Shown here one piece after another: positions 1 through 9,312 of a stretch of 64,000 bases of DNA. The notes beneath the pieces are model-generated. The model was not told where the DNA came from, searched no databases, and was given only the letters and a program-made list of their open reading frames with translations. Origin of the DNA: Simkaniaceae bacterium (GTDB lineage: Bacteria; Chlamydiota; Chlamydiia; Chlamydiales; Simkaniaceae); assembly GCA_028281675.1 (NCBI GenBank), contig JANQJL010000057.1, forward strand, positions 2,077 to 66,076. The letters are read 5' to 3'. The stretch's first letter is position 1. The number at the start of each line of letters is the position of its first letter. The position numbers and the translations under genes are program-made.

Positions 1-1
1 T

Positions 2-652
2 GGGCCAGCAGGAACGGGAAAATCAACAACGGCACGAATGCTTGCTGATGAGATTGGTTTTACCTATTTTGATACAGGCGCACTTTATCGAGCGATTAGC
101 TGGCAGATCCTTGATCAAACGATTTCCTATCAAGATCAAGAGGCCCTTTCCAGACTACTAAAGACCTTTTCGTTTCGGATCCGCTCTATAGGGGGGGAAA
201 AGCACTACTTTGTTGGAAATAAGGATGTAACAAGGGCAATTCGAACTAAAGAGGTCACAGCAATTGTTTCTGAAGTTTCCGCTCTTAAAATGGTTCGCGA
301 TGCTTTGAAACCCCTTCAAGTCAATTTCTCAAAGGAGATCGATGTGGTTTTTGAAGGGAGAGACTTGGGAACGGTGGTCTTTCCTCAAGCTCATCTGAAG
401 TTTTTTTTAACAGCACGCCCAGAAGTCTGCGCAAAGCGGCGACACCAAGAACTTGTGAAGAAGTTTCCTAACCAATCTTTTTCCTATGAGACCATTTTAA
501 AAGAGATTCAGGAAAGGGATGCTTATGATTCAAAAAGAGAGCATGCTCCCTTAAAGCAGGCTGAAGATGCGATCCTTATAGATACCTCTGATCTTACTAT
601 TCGAGAAGTCGTTGAGGAGTTAAAAAATATTTATCTAGCGAGAAGAGAATGA
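2..652 (+). CDS. cmk: cytidylate kinase, 5' end cut by window edge
   Basis: The frame of the tracked 38..652 ORF stays open back to base 2 and reads GPAGTGKSTTAR (P-loop) upstream of the tracked ATG. The rest is CMP-kinase-like (FDTGALYRAISW, REHAPLKQAEDA). Its stop overlaps the next start (ATGA at 649). Confidence 0.9.
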   Translation, partial: GPAGTGKSTTARMLADEIGFTYFDTGALYRAISWQILDQTISYQDQEALSRLLKTFSFRIRSIGGEKHYFVGNKDVTRAIRTKEVTAIVSEVSALKMVRDALKPLQVNFSKEIDVVFEGRDLGTVVFPQAHLKFFLTARPEVCAKRRHQELVKKFPNQSFSYETILKEIQERDAYDSKREHAPLKQAEDAILIDTSDLTIREVVEELKNIYLARRE

Positions 653-1296
653 AGAAGCCGACATTGCTTTATTCCTTTATTATTTTCATTGTGAAATCGT
701 TTTTCAAGCTGTTTTATCGTCACAAAGTTTATGGATTGGATCACTATCCAGCAGGAAGTGCTCTTGTTGCTCCCAATCATGTTTCCTATTTAGACCCTCC
801 GTGTGTTGCAATCTCCTGCCCTGGAGAAATTCACTTTTTGGCTAGGCAGACCCTCTTTAAATCCTATTTTGGAAAGTTGATTACCGCCCTTAATTCTCAT
901 CCCGTTGAGAAAAATGCAACTAACCTTCGAGTGATGAAAGATATTTGTATCCTTTTGTCAAAAGGGCATAAGGTTTTGATGTTTCCTGAAGGGACCCGTT
1001 CTAAGGATAACAAACTTCTCGAAATTAAACCGGGGATAGGGCTCCTTCTTTCTAAGAGTGGGTCTGCCATTGTTCCAACCTATATTCATGGAACATTTGA
1101 TATTTGGGGTCGAGGTCGTAAATTCCCTAAATTATGGGGGAAGACTGCAGTTGTTTTTGGGAGTCCTATTCGATGGGATGATTATGCCGATATGAATCGG
1201 AAAGATGCTCAAGAACTTGTGGCGCAACATCTCACTCATTCCCTAAATGCCCTGAGAAAATGGTATGATGATGGGCATAGTGGAATCCCTCCTTAA
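649..1296 (+). CDS. plsC: 1-acyl-sn-glycerol-3-phosphate acyltransferase
   Basis: Acyltransferase motifs NHVSYLDP (HxxxxD) and FPEGTRS. N-terminal hydrophobic anchor. ATGA-coupled to cmk. Confidence 0.85.
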   Translation: MKKPTLLYSFIIFIVKSFFKLFYRHKVYGLDHYPAGSALVAPNHVSYLDPPCVAISCPGEIHFLARQTLFKSYFGKLITALNSHPVEKNATNLRVMKDICILLSKGHKVLMFPEGTRSKDNKLLEIKPGIGLLLSKSGSAIVPTYIHGTFDIWGRGRKFPKLWGKTAVVFGSPIRWDDYADMNRKDAQELVAQHLTHSLNALRKWYDDGHSGIPP

Positions 1297-1527
1297 GAAC
1301 CCATCTCTAAAATCTTTCCATGTTTGCATAAATAAGTATTATTAATTGTTTACGAAAACATTTACTGATATCAATTAATGACAAAAATTTGAATTATATT
1401 TATACTCTCATAGGGAATTATCATTGGTGGTTCTTATTGCACAAAGGTGCGCAATCATTATGCAATCAATAAATACCAATATTTTTTATCTTTAATATAA
1501 TTTTTAACAAGCACTTAGATTTTAGTA

Positions 1528-1878
1528 ATGAAAGACTATCTATTTAGGAAGAACCTCTCTGTAAAACAATTGGCCGGGGATCTTAACATCTCGACCTCCT
1601 ATCTTTATCAACTTATCAGGGGAGAAAGAAAGCCCTCCATCGAGTTAGCTCAAAGAATAGAGGAGTATACAGATGGAGAAGTAACAATAGGGAAGCTTTT
1701 GGGATTGGAAGGAGAAGAGGTTTCATCATGCGCTTTAGGAAACTCATTTGCATCCCAATCTAAAGAATATGAGCAGCGCTTTTCCTCACTTGAAAATGCA
1801 AGTGAGAAATTTGGAGAGAAATTGGAAGAAATTGAAGGGCGGCTTATTAAGTTAGAGCAAGGTGACGATACTATTTAA
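1528..1878 (+). CDS. XRE-family helix-turn-helix protein with acidic/coiled C-terminal half
   Basis: N-terminal HTH_3-like segment LSVKQLAGDLNISTSYLYQLIRGERKPSIELAQRIEEYT. Preceded by a 231-bp AT-rich region. Confidence 0.7.
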   Translation: MKDYLFRKNLSVKQLAGDLNISTSYLYQLIRGERKPSIELAQRIEEYTDGEVTIGKLLGLEGEEVSSCALGNSFASQSKEYEQRFSSLENASEKFGEKLEEIEGRLIKLEQGDDTI

Positions 1879-1942
1879 AATCTCCGATAGAAAAAAATTA
1901 AACGGATAGAGTATCCTTAATAGGATAACCTAAGGAGAAATA

Positions 1943-2257
1943 ATGACCGATATAGCGATGTTAGATGATAGCAGTTTTGATGAAGTTATTAAATCAGGAG
2001 TGACCCTCGTCGATTTTTTTGCTGAATGGTGTGGTCCTTGTCGGATGCTTGCCCCAGTTTTGGCTGAGGTTTCACAGGAACTATCGGGAAAAGTTAAATT
2101 TGGAAAGCTCGATATTGATAAGAGCCATGTAATAGCGAAAACACATCAAGTTACCTCTGTTCCCACACTTATTCTTTTTAAAGATGGAGAAGAGGTGAAT
2201 CGCCTGGTAGGACTGCGTGATGCTGCTGCTGTGAAAGATTTTGCGATGTCTGCCTAA
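1943..2257 (+). CDS. trxA: thioredoxin
   Basis: WCGPC active site, 104 aa, typical thioredoxin length and fold signature (VPTLILFKDGE). Confidence 0.95.
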   Translation: MTDIAMLDDSSFDEVIKSGVTLVDFFAEWCGPCRMLAPVLAEVSQELSGKVKFGKLDIDKSHVIAKTHQVTSVPTLILFKDGEEVNRLVGLRDAAAVKDFAMSA

Positions 2258-2463
2258 TGGGACGGTTAATCATTTTAATAGGTGCCTGCTTAATCATTGT
2301 GGGGACACTCATTACCCTTAATATCCCCATGGGCTGGATTGGTCATCTCCCAGGGGATTTTTCTTTAACATGGGGAGGAACTAAAATTTATATTCCCATA
2401 ACAACGTCAATTATTTTTAGCTTTGTGTTAGCAATTCTTATCTTCATTTTTTCAAAACGCTAA
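2257..2463 (+). CDS. small membrane protein, DUF2905-like
   Basis: 68 aa with two hydrophobic helices flanking HLPGDFSLTWGGTKIYIPITTS, which matches my memory of the DUF2905 pattern. The start overlaps the trxA stop (TAATG). Confidence 0.6.
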   Translation: MGRLIILIGACLIIVGTLITLNIPMGWIGHLPGDFSLTWGGTKIYIPITTSIIFSFVLAILIFIFSKR

Positions 2464-2905
2464 AGTCATTTTGGTTTAAAGCTTCGTAAAGAACAATTGC
2501 TGCTGTGTTCGATAGATTTAAGCACCGGCTCCCTTTTCTCATCGGGAGCAAAAAAAACTTTTCTGGCCACCGAATGTGAAATTTTTCTGGGAGTCCTGCA
2601 ACCTCTGAGCCAAAGATTAGAGTCGCATCCTCTTGAAAAGAAATTTTCGTATAAGGAGTTGTAGCTTTGCTAGAAAAGAAATAAAAGGGGCGAGTTTCAC
2701 CCTCAAGATAGCTCATTAAATCATCAATCAAAGTGACATTGACCCCCTCCCAATAGTCAAGACCGGCTCTTTTTAAACTTTTGTTATCGGTATTGAAGCC
2801 CAAAGGACGAACCAGGATGAGGTCACTTCCTGTTGCATGACATGTTCTAACAATGTTACCGGTATTCTGTGGGATTTGTGGTTGGTATAAGATAATCGTA
2901 TGCAT
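2444..2905 (-). CDS. trmL: SpoU/TrmL-type tRNA 2'-O-methyltransferase
   Basis: 153 aa. SPOUT motifs NTGNIVRTC, LIFGSEVAGLP and LNLSNTAAIVLYEAL. Confidence 0.8.
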   Translation of the reverse strand: MHTIILYQPQIPQNTGNIVRTCHATGSDLILVRPLGFNTDNKSLKRAGLDYWEGVNVTLIDDLMSYLEGETRPFYFFSSKATTPYTKISFQEDATLIFGSEVAGLPEKFHIRWPEKFFLLPMRKGSRCLNLSNTAAIVLYEALNQNDFSVLKK

Positions 2906-2965
2906 TTGTAAAAAAACCTCTCAACTCTCCGGGAGGGAGTTGAGAGGTTAAGAATGGTAAAAAGA

Positions 2966-3781
2966 TTAGCGAGGTGTCCCTTCAATACTACTTTCAGGGA
3001 TTGCAATTTCTCGAGTTCCTTCTTTGGAAATCGAGGTGAATGAATCTTCTTGAGCTGGGGTTGCATTGGCTTTTACAACTTCAATGTCAAAGACAAGAAG
3101 AGTGTTAGGAGGAAGATACCCATTTGATCCATATCCAAGCTCTGGATGGATAAAGATAGTCCTTCTTTCTCCTTCTTTCATTCCGACAATTCCTTTCGCG
3201 AATCCGGGAATTGTTTCATCGAGTGAGATGAGTTCATCCTCTTGGGAAGCACCAAAGACTTTTCCATCAAGAAATTTTCCTGAATAACGAATCATTGGAG
3301 AGAAATGATCTTCAACTACCATCCCTTCTCCTTTCTTTTCAACCCTGTATTGCAGTTTATCTTTCTCAAGAACAACAATCCCTTCATTTTTGACGTTTTC
3401 TGCCATAAAGATATTAGCTTCATTAAGATTTTTATCTGCAAGCTTTTGAAAAGCTTCTTCTTGCACAAGAGAAATGGCTTGCACACATTCAGTCTCGTTC
3501 ATGGGGGACTCTTTTCCAGCTACAGAATCTTCCATTCCCTTGATCACTTCGGCCATGTCAAATTCAAAACCGAGAGAATCTAAGTTCTTTCCTATAAGGT
3601 GCCCAAAGGCTTGGGAAATTTTTTGGAGATCGACCTTCCCATTTTCTTCCTTTGACTCTTCTTTAGCGATATTTTGTACTTCTTTTTCCGCAGCAGGTTT
3701 TGCATAGGCAACTGATAAGGTCATCGAAGCTATAAGTATAGTAAGAGATAAAAATTTGTTTTTAACAAACATTAGAAACAC
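2966..3781 (-). CDS. mip: Mip-type FKBP peptidyl-prolyl cis-trans isomerase (secreted/lipoprotein-like)
   Basis: Signal peptide, then a helical N-domain and a C-terminal FKBP domain (YSGKFLDGKVFGAS, GFAKGIVGMKEGERRTIFIHPELGYG, LLVFDIEVV). Confidence 0.85.
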   Translation of the reverse strand: MFLMFVKNKFLSLTILIASMTLSVAYAKPAAEKEVQNIAKEESKEENGKVDLQKISQAFGHLIGKNLDSLGFEFDMAEVIKGMEDSVAGKESPMNETECVQAISLVQEEAFQKLADKNLNEANIFMAENVKNEGIVVLEKDKLQYRVEKKGEGMVVEDHFSPMIRYSGKFLDGKVFGASQEDELISLDETIPGFAKGIVGMKEGERRTIFIHPELGYGSNGYLPPNTLLVFDIEVVKANATPAQEDSFTSISKEGTREIAIPESSIEGTPR

Positions 3782-3827
3782 TCCTCTAGAGTACTCTTGA
3801 AAACTTCAAATGTATTCGGTCGTGGAT

Positions 3828-5612
3828 TTATATCCAAGTGATTTCTTTTGGGCTTGCTTTTATTTCAAGATCATCGAGTTGTTTTGGATTGACACTGGAG
3901 GGACACTGCGTTAGTAAATCGCTTGCTTTTTGTGTTTTAGGAAAAGCGATGACATCTCGAATATTTTCTGTTTTTGAAAGGAGCATGATCAAACGGTCAA
4001 ATCCTAGAGCTATCCCTAGGTGGGGAGGGGTTCCATATTGAAGAGCATTGATGAAAAATCCAAATTTTTGTGTAGCCTCTTGAGGATCAATCTTTAGCGC
4101 TTCAAAGACCTTTTTTTGCACTTCGAAGTCATGGATTCTTTGCGAGCCACCACCAAGCTCATATCCATTAATGATAATGTCATAGGCATTGGAGCGGACT
4201 TTAAGAGGGTCACTTTTTAAAAGATCAAGGTCGTCAGGATGGGGCATTGTAAAGGGGTGGTGTGTGCTCTGAGGACGCCCTTCTTCTTCATCCCACTCAA
4301 AGAGGGGGAAATCGGTGACCCATAAAAATTCATAAGTATCAGGCTTTACAAGGCTCCGTTCCTTTGCAATGAGGCGACGCAGATGATCAAGCGATTGGTT
4401 GACAAGGGGTTCACTTGCTGCACCAAAAAGGAGAAGGTCCCCAGTTTCAGCGCCGAGTTTTTCTTCTAAGGCTTTTAGTTGCTCCTTAGAAAAGAATTTC
4501 ACGATGCTGGAAGTGAGGCCATCTTCCTGTCTTTTCATCCATCCAAGACCGCGGAGGCCAAATTTTTGGGCAAACTCCGTATAACGGTCGATTTCTTTGC
4601 GGGAAATGTCGGCGCCACCTTTAACACACAGGGCTTTGACACACCCTCCCACTTCCAGCTCCTGTTTAAAGACAGAAAACTCTGATTCTTGAGCAATTTC
4701 GTCCAAACGAACAAGAGGCATTCCATAGCGGAGATCGGGGCGGTCAGTTCCATAATGTTCCATGCAGTCGTGATAAGTCATTGTTGGGATGTTGTCGGGA
4801 ACATCGTAGTTAAGGCACGTTTTGAATACATATCTTAAGTAGTCATGAAGGAGGGTATTAATATCTTCAGGATATTCAAAACTCATTTCGATATCAATTT
4901 GAGTGAATTCAGGTTGGCGATCTGAGCGGAGGTCTTCATCACGGAAGCAAGGGGCGATTTGAAAGTAGCGATCTATTCCTCCAATCATGAGGAGTTGCTT
5001 ATAAATTTGTGGGGATTGGGGTAGGGCATAGAAATTGCCCGGATAGATTCGTGAGGGGACTAAATAGTCGCGAGCTCCTTCAGGGGTAGAACGTCCGAGG
5101 ATTGGGGTGTTAACCTCTAAGAAGCCTTGGCTATCTAAAAAGGTTCGGGTTGCCATCATCGCCTTGTGTCGCATGACCAGTTTTTCAGTAACATTGCCAC
5201 GACGTATATCTAGGTACCGATATTTTAAACGGATATCTTCAGATGTTTCGGTTGAATCATCACAAATGGAGAAGGGAGGTGTTTCTGCTTTGGATAAGAT
5301 TTCAAACTCAATCACCTCAATTTCTATTTCACCTGTCTCTAGCTTAGAATTAGCGAGACCTTCTCCTCGAGCGCGCACATTTCCTTTTATTGTGATGACC
5401 CATTCTGCACGAAGCTTGGAGGCCTCTGTATGTGCTTTTTTTGAAATTTCGGGATCGAAAATAAGTTGAGTAAGGCCAAATCGATCGCGGAGGTCGATAA
5501 AGATGAGCCCTCCATGGTCACGTCTCCTGTGGACCCAGCCAGAAAGGGTAACAGTTGTTCCAATATCGCCTTTTCTTAATGCATTGCAAAGGTGTGTTCT
5601 TCTATAGTCCAT
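3828..5612 (-). CDS. aspS: aspartate--tRNA ligase
   Basis: Class II AspRS motifs FRDEDLRSDRQPEFTQIDIEMSF, GGGSQRIH and GIALGFDRL. I moved the start to ATG 5612 (MDYRRTHLCNAL), because the tracked start at 5636 is TTG and lies deeper inside hisS. Confidence 0.95.
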   Translation of the reverse strand: MDYRRTHLCNALRKGDIGTTVTLSGWVHRRRDHGGLIFIDLRDRFGLTQLIFDPEISKKAHTEASKLRAEWVITIKGNVRARGEGLANSKLETGEIEIEVIEFEILSKAETPPFSICDDSTETSEDIRLKYRYLDIRRGNVTEKLVMRHKAMMATRTFLDSQGFLEVNTPILGRSTPEGARDYLVPSRIYPGNFYALPQSPQIYKQLLMIGGIDRYFQIAPCFRDEDLRSDRQPEFTQIDIEMSFEYPEDINTLLHDYLRYVFKTCLNYDVPDNIPTMTYHDCMEHYGTDRPDLRYGMPLVRLDEIAQESEFSVFKQELEVGGCVKALCVKGGADISRKEIDRYTEFAQKFGLRGLGWMKRQEDGLTSSIVKFFSKEQLKALEEKLGAETGDLLLFGAASEPLVNQSLDHLRRLIAKERSLVKPDTYEFLWVTDFPLFEWDEEEGRPQSTHHPFTMPHPDDLDLLKSDPLKVRSNAYDIIINGYELGGGSQRIHDFEVQKKVFEALKIDPQEATQKFGFFINALQYGTPPHLGIALGFDRLIMLLSKTENIRDVIAFPKTQKASDLLTQCPSSVNPKQLDDLEIKASPKEITWI

Positions 5613-6891
5613 TCTTTTTCCTAAAAAATTCGACAAGGGAATCGAGTGGGAGTTCTTGTGTCTCCCGTGTTTTCATTGTTTTAACCTGTCCCTTATTTGT
5701 CTTGAGTTCGTCCTCTCCAATAATGATCGCATAAGAGGTGTTTGTTTGCTCCGCTTGCTGGAGTGCTTTTTGGATTTTTTTTGCATTGATGAGAACGGTT
5801 GAAATTTTACTATGCCTGAGCTCATAAAGTAAGGTTTGGGCACGTTTTTTTGCATCGGGGCTCAAGGGAATTAAGGAGATCAGCGGCCCTGGTTTTGCAG
5901 GAAATGAAATTTTTTGTCCTTCCATAGTCTGCAAGATTCTTTCGATCCCTGTTGAAAATCCAATGCAAGGAAGGTCGGGACCCCCTAATGTAGGGAGAAG
6001 GCCATCATATCGTCCTCCAGCACCAATCGTGTTTTGTGCACCCAAAACATCGGAGGTGATTTCGAAAACGGTATGGTTATAATAATCGAGGCCGCGCACT
6101 AAATGGGGACTAACTTTGAAAGGAATGCTTTGACTTTTTAGAAGTTCGCAAAGGGTGTTAAAGTGCTTTTGGCTCTTATCATTTAAAAAATCGAGAATGG
6201 AGGGAGCTTTTTCGAGAAGGGCCCGTTCTTTTTCATCTTTCGAGTCGAGGATACGCAAGGGGTTTTTTGTAAAGCGGGCCTGACTTTCTGGTGAAAGGAC
6301 ATTGAAATGAGGTTTGAGAAAATGGAGGAGTGCTTCCTGATATTTTTCTCTACAGGTGTTATCTCCAAGGGTATTGACCAGGACACTTAGATTTTTTAGC
6401 TCTAGACGACGATAAAGCTCATAGAGGAGTTCTATCGCTTCGAAGTCTTGTTCTGGCTCCCCATTTCCAATGGCTTCAATTCCAAATTGATGAAATTGGC
6501 GGAAGCGCCCTGCTTGGGGACGATCATATCGGAAGAAGGGACCAATGTAGAAAAACTTATGGTGAGAACCAAGTTGCTGAAGGCCATTTTGGGAAAAGGC
6601 CCGCATGATAGAAGCTGTCCCTTCAGGGCGGAGGGCCATCGATCGCTCTCCTTTATCTAAAAAGGTATACATTTCTTTGGATACAATGTCAGAAGTTTCC
6701 CCAACACCACGAATAAAAAGTTCTGTCTTTTCAAAGATGGGAGTCCTGATCTCCTGGTATCCGTAATTATGAGCAAGTTCTCGCATAACCGATTCCAGGT
6801 AATGCCAAAGATGGGATTCCTTCCAGATATCTTGAGCTTTGGGTTCATTGGGAAGGATGTCAAATGTTCCCTTAGGAAGTGAATATTTCAT
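5602..6891 (-). CDS. hisS: histidine--tRNA ligase
   Basis: Class II HisRS motifs FRYDRPQAGRFRQFHQFGIE and GGGRYDGL. 429 aa. Overlaps the aspS start by 11 nt. Confidence 0.95.
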   Translation of the reverse strand: MKYSLPKGTFDILPNEPKAQDIWKESHLWHYLESVMRELAHNYGYQEIRTPIFEKTELFIRGVGETSDIVSKEMYTFLDKGERSMALRPEGTASIMRAFSQNGLQQLGSHHKFFYIGPFFRYDRPQAGRFRQFHQFGIEAIGNGEPEQDFEAIELLYELYRRLELKNLSVLVNTLGDNTCREKYQEALLHFLKPHFNVLSPESQARFTKNPLRILDSKDEKERALLEKAPSILDFLNDKSQKHFNTLCELLKSQSIPFKVSPHLVRGLDYYNHTVFEITSDVLGAQNTIGAGGRYDGLLPTLGGPDLPCIGFSTGIERILQTMEGQKISFPAKPGPLISLIPLSPDAKKRAQTLLYELRHSKISTVLINAKKIQKALQQAEQTNTSYAIIIGEDELKTNKGQVKTMKTRETQELPLDSLVEFFRKKNGL

Positions 6892-6918
6892 AGTGAATTG
6901 AGTATAAGGCGTTCCAAA

Positions 6919-7530
6919 TTAACTTTGCAAGATATCTTCGATGAGCTCGATCCATTTGCTTAAGATACTATTTTGCTGATTCACCGCTTGATCAGCATAG
7001 AGTCTTTTCAGAATATCTCTAAAAGGAAGGGGGAGCCAACGCTCTCCAGCATATTCTGATAAATAGTAGCCTAACTTATGTTCTTCATTGGGGGGATAAT
7101 GGTCAATGTCGGTCATGAGAATAGAGAGTTTTTTAGAGTCAATACTTCCTTTTCGTTTTGTATGAGAGAGAACTTGAACACCTTGAAGAAGACGGATCCA
7201 AGCTTCTGAAAATTGCCTATAAAAATTTCTACTTTCACTTTGATCGGCATCTCTAAGAATTTCTAAAAGATTTTTGAATCTTTTAACATTACCAGTGAGC
7301 TCATCTTCGGTCATTGCTCTGACGCTCCCATCAGCTTCTGTATCAAACCGATCGATGAGGTTATTAAAAAAAACAAGGAAAGCACCATAGAGTGTAACTC
7401 TTTTTTTTCTTTCCTCCTGCTCGATGGCATAACTTTCCTTTCCCTGTTTATCGGCTTCAATGGGATTGACCCGGTACTCATCCTCTTGCCTTCCTTCCGA
7501 GGGTCTAATTGGCTCTGGAAAAAATGTCAT
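6919..7530 (-). CDS. hypothetical protein
   Basis: Clean 203-aa ORF with an ATG start and protein-like composition. I recognise no motif. Confidence 0.55.
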   Translation of the reverse strand: MTFFPEPIRPSEGRQEDEYRVNPIEADKQGKESYAIEQEERKKRVTLYGAFLVFFNNLIDRFDTEADGSVRAMTEDELTGNVKRFKNLLEILRDADQSESRNFYRQFSEAWIRLLQGVQVLSHTKRKGSIDSKKLSILMTDIDHYPPNEEHKLGYYLSEYAGERWLPLPFRDILKRLYADQAVNQQNSILSKWIELIEDILQS

Positions 7531-7582
7531 AATACATCCTGTTTTCTAACATTTATTATATAGGAATAGGGTGATAGTTAGC

Positions 7583-7843
7583 AAAGGGTGTAAATAAAAC
7601 CTATGAAATAAACCTCGACCAGCTTTACGGAGCTGCTCTTCGTTTTGTTTCAAGAAATCTTACTCACTTATGCAGCGCTAAAGGGAAAAATAAGTGGCAC
7701 TTCTGGTTAAAAATGTTAGGGTGAAAGAAAGGGCGAGGGAATTTAGATGCAAGTCCCCCTTGCGGGTTGTCGAAGCAGAATGAGCGGAGTAGATGGCTGC
7801 CCGCATCCTCTGCTGCGCCCTAACACTTTTGTTTACACCCTTT
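7583..7843 (+). repeat. structured intergenic repeat, copy A (composite; inner unit about 7708..7830)
   Basis: 12-bp perfect terminal inverted repeat: AAAGGGTGTAAA at 7583-7594 and TTTACACCCTTT at 7832-7843. The inner arms TGTTAGGGTG (7714-7723) and CGCCCTAACA (7816-7825) enclose the core CCCCCTTGCGGGTTGTCGAAGCAG, which is shared with copies B and C. Confidence 0.65.
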
Positions 7844-7953
7844 TAGTAAACAAGGGATTGACTTTCATTGAAAAAGTAGATACTCTTCATTAGATTATGA
7901 ACGATCAAAACGATGGTAAAAAGTTTTAATTTTAACCTAGGAATTGGATTGCT

Positions 7954-9303
7954 GTGAGCGTTCTAGATAGTGCAGAGCCGGAGACCAATAAAGACCCAAC
8001 CGAAAGCGATGAAGAACTCAAAGCGAAGTATCGTTATTGGCGCATTCGAATTTTCTATAGTATTTACGTCGGCTATGCGATGTTTTACTTCACTAGAAAG
8101 TGCTTCACATTCTCGATGCCTGCACTCATGGTTGATCTTAACTTCACTAAGGCCGACCTAGGTTTCTTAGGTACTCTCCTCGCTGTGACCTACGCGATCA
8201 GCAAATTTCTTAGTGGAATGATCGCTGACAAGTCAAGCCTCCGGGTATTGATGGGAGCAGGGTTGATCTTGACGGGAATATTCAATATTTGTGTCGGTTT
8301 TTCTTCTTCGATTCTTCTTTTTGCTATATTTTTGGGGCTTAATGGGCTTTTTCAAGGTTTTGGCTCTCCCCCTTGTGCCAAACTCCTAACTTATTGGTAT
8401 TCACAAACCGAAAGAGGAAGGTGGTGGGGGGTTTGGAATACTTCCCATAATATTGGTGGAGCAGTGATCCCTGTCATATGTGCCTTTGCAATTCAAGCGT
8501 TTGGATGGAGATATGCGATGTATCTTCCTGGCTTTACGGCGATAATCATCGGGCTTTTTCTGATTAACCGGATTCGAAGTACGCCAAAGGAGGTTGGTCT
8601 GCCAACCATTGAGAAATACCGGAATGACTACCCTGAAGATAAAAAGAAGGAATCTATTGAAAAAGAGAAAAACTACTCTCCTCGTGAAATTCTAATCGAC
8701 CATATCTTAAAGAATAAATTTATCTGGGTATTAGCGATTTCATATTTCTTTGTTTATATTGTCCGGATTGCCATCTATGATTGGGTGCAACTTTATTTGA
8801 TGGAGGAGAAAGGGTACAGCCTAATGGTTGCTGGTTCCTGTGTCTTTTGGTTTGAAATCGGAGGGATTTTTGGAAGCTTGTCTGCAGGTTCTCTCTCAGA
8901 TACACTCTTTCGTGGTCGAAGAGGACCTGTTAATATTCTATTTACCACTGGAGTCTTAGGAGTTCTTCTTTTCATGTGGTTTATTCCTATGGTCAGTTTA
9001 GTCATGATTTCTATTGCAACATTTGTCTTTGGCTTCCTGATCTTTGGTCCTCAAATGCTCATTGGAATGGCAGCAGCAGAGCTCGTCGATAAGGAAGCTG
9101 CTGGAACGGCGACAGGGTTTGCGGGGCTTTTTGCCTATGCAGGTGCCGCGTGTGCCGGATGGCCAGTAGGCTGGATTATCGACAAATTTGGATGGGGATC
9201 ATTTTTCCTCCTTCTGTCGGTTTGTGCAGGGTTAGCGGTTCTATTACTCCTTCCGCTATGGGCGAAGGGAGCACGTCCCAAGTTTGCGACGCAGACAAAT
9301 TAA
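7954..9303 (+). CDS. uhpC: MFS organophosphate:phosphate antiporter (hexose-phosphate transporter UhpC-like)
   Basis: 449 aa and about 12 TM segments. GlpT/UhpC-like segments YWRIRIFYSIYVGYAMFYFTRK and GRWWGVWNTSHNIGG. GTG start. Its position between hisS and dnaE matches Chlamydia. Confidence 0.8.
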   Translation: MSVLDSAEPETNKDPTESDEELKAKYRYWRIRIFYSIYVGYAMFYFTRKCFTFSMPALMVDLNFTKADLGFLGTLLAVTYAISKFLSGMIADKSSLRVLMGAGLILTGIFNICVGFSSSILLFAIFLGLNGLFQGFGSPPCAKLLTYWYSQTERGRWWGVWNTSHNIGGAVIPVICAFAIQAFGWRYAMYLPGFTAIIIGLFLINRIRSTPKEVGLPTIEKYRNDYPEDKKKESIEKEKNYSPREILIDHILKNKFIWVLAISYFFVYIVRIAIYDWVQLYLMEEKGYSLMVAGSCVFWFEIGGIFGSLSAGSLSDTLFRGRRGPVNILFTTGVLGVLLFMWFIPMVSLVMISIATFVFGFLIFGPQMLIGMAAAELVDKEAAGTATGFAGLFAYAGAACAGWPVGWIIDKFGWGSFFLLLSVCAGLAVLLLLPLWAKGARPKFATQTN

Positions 9304-9312
9304 GGAAACATC

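Noticed and set aside
2773-3066. 97-aa minus-strand ORF bridging trmL and mip
   Set aside because: It overlaps two well-supported same-strand genes in other frames. No motif recognised.
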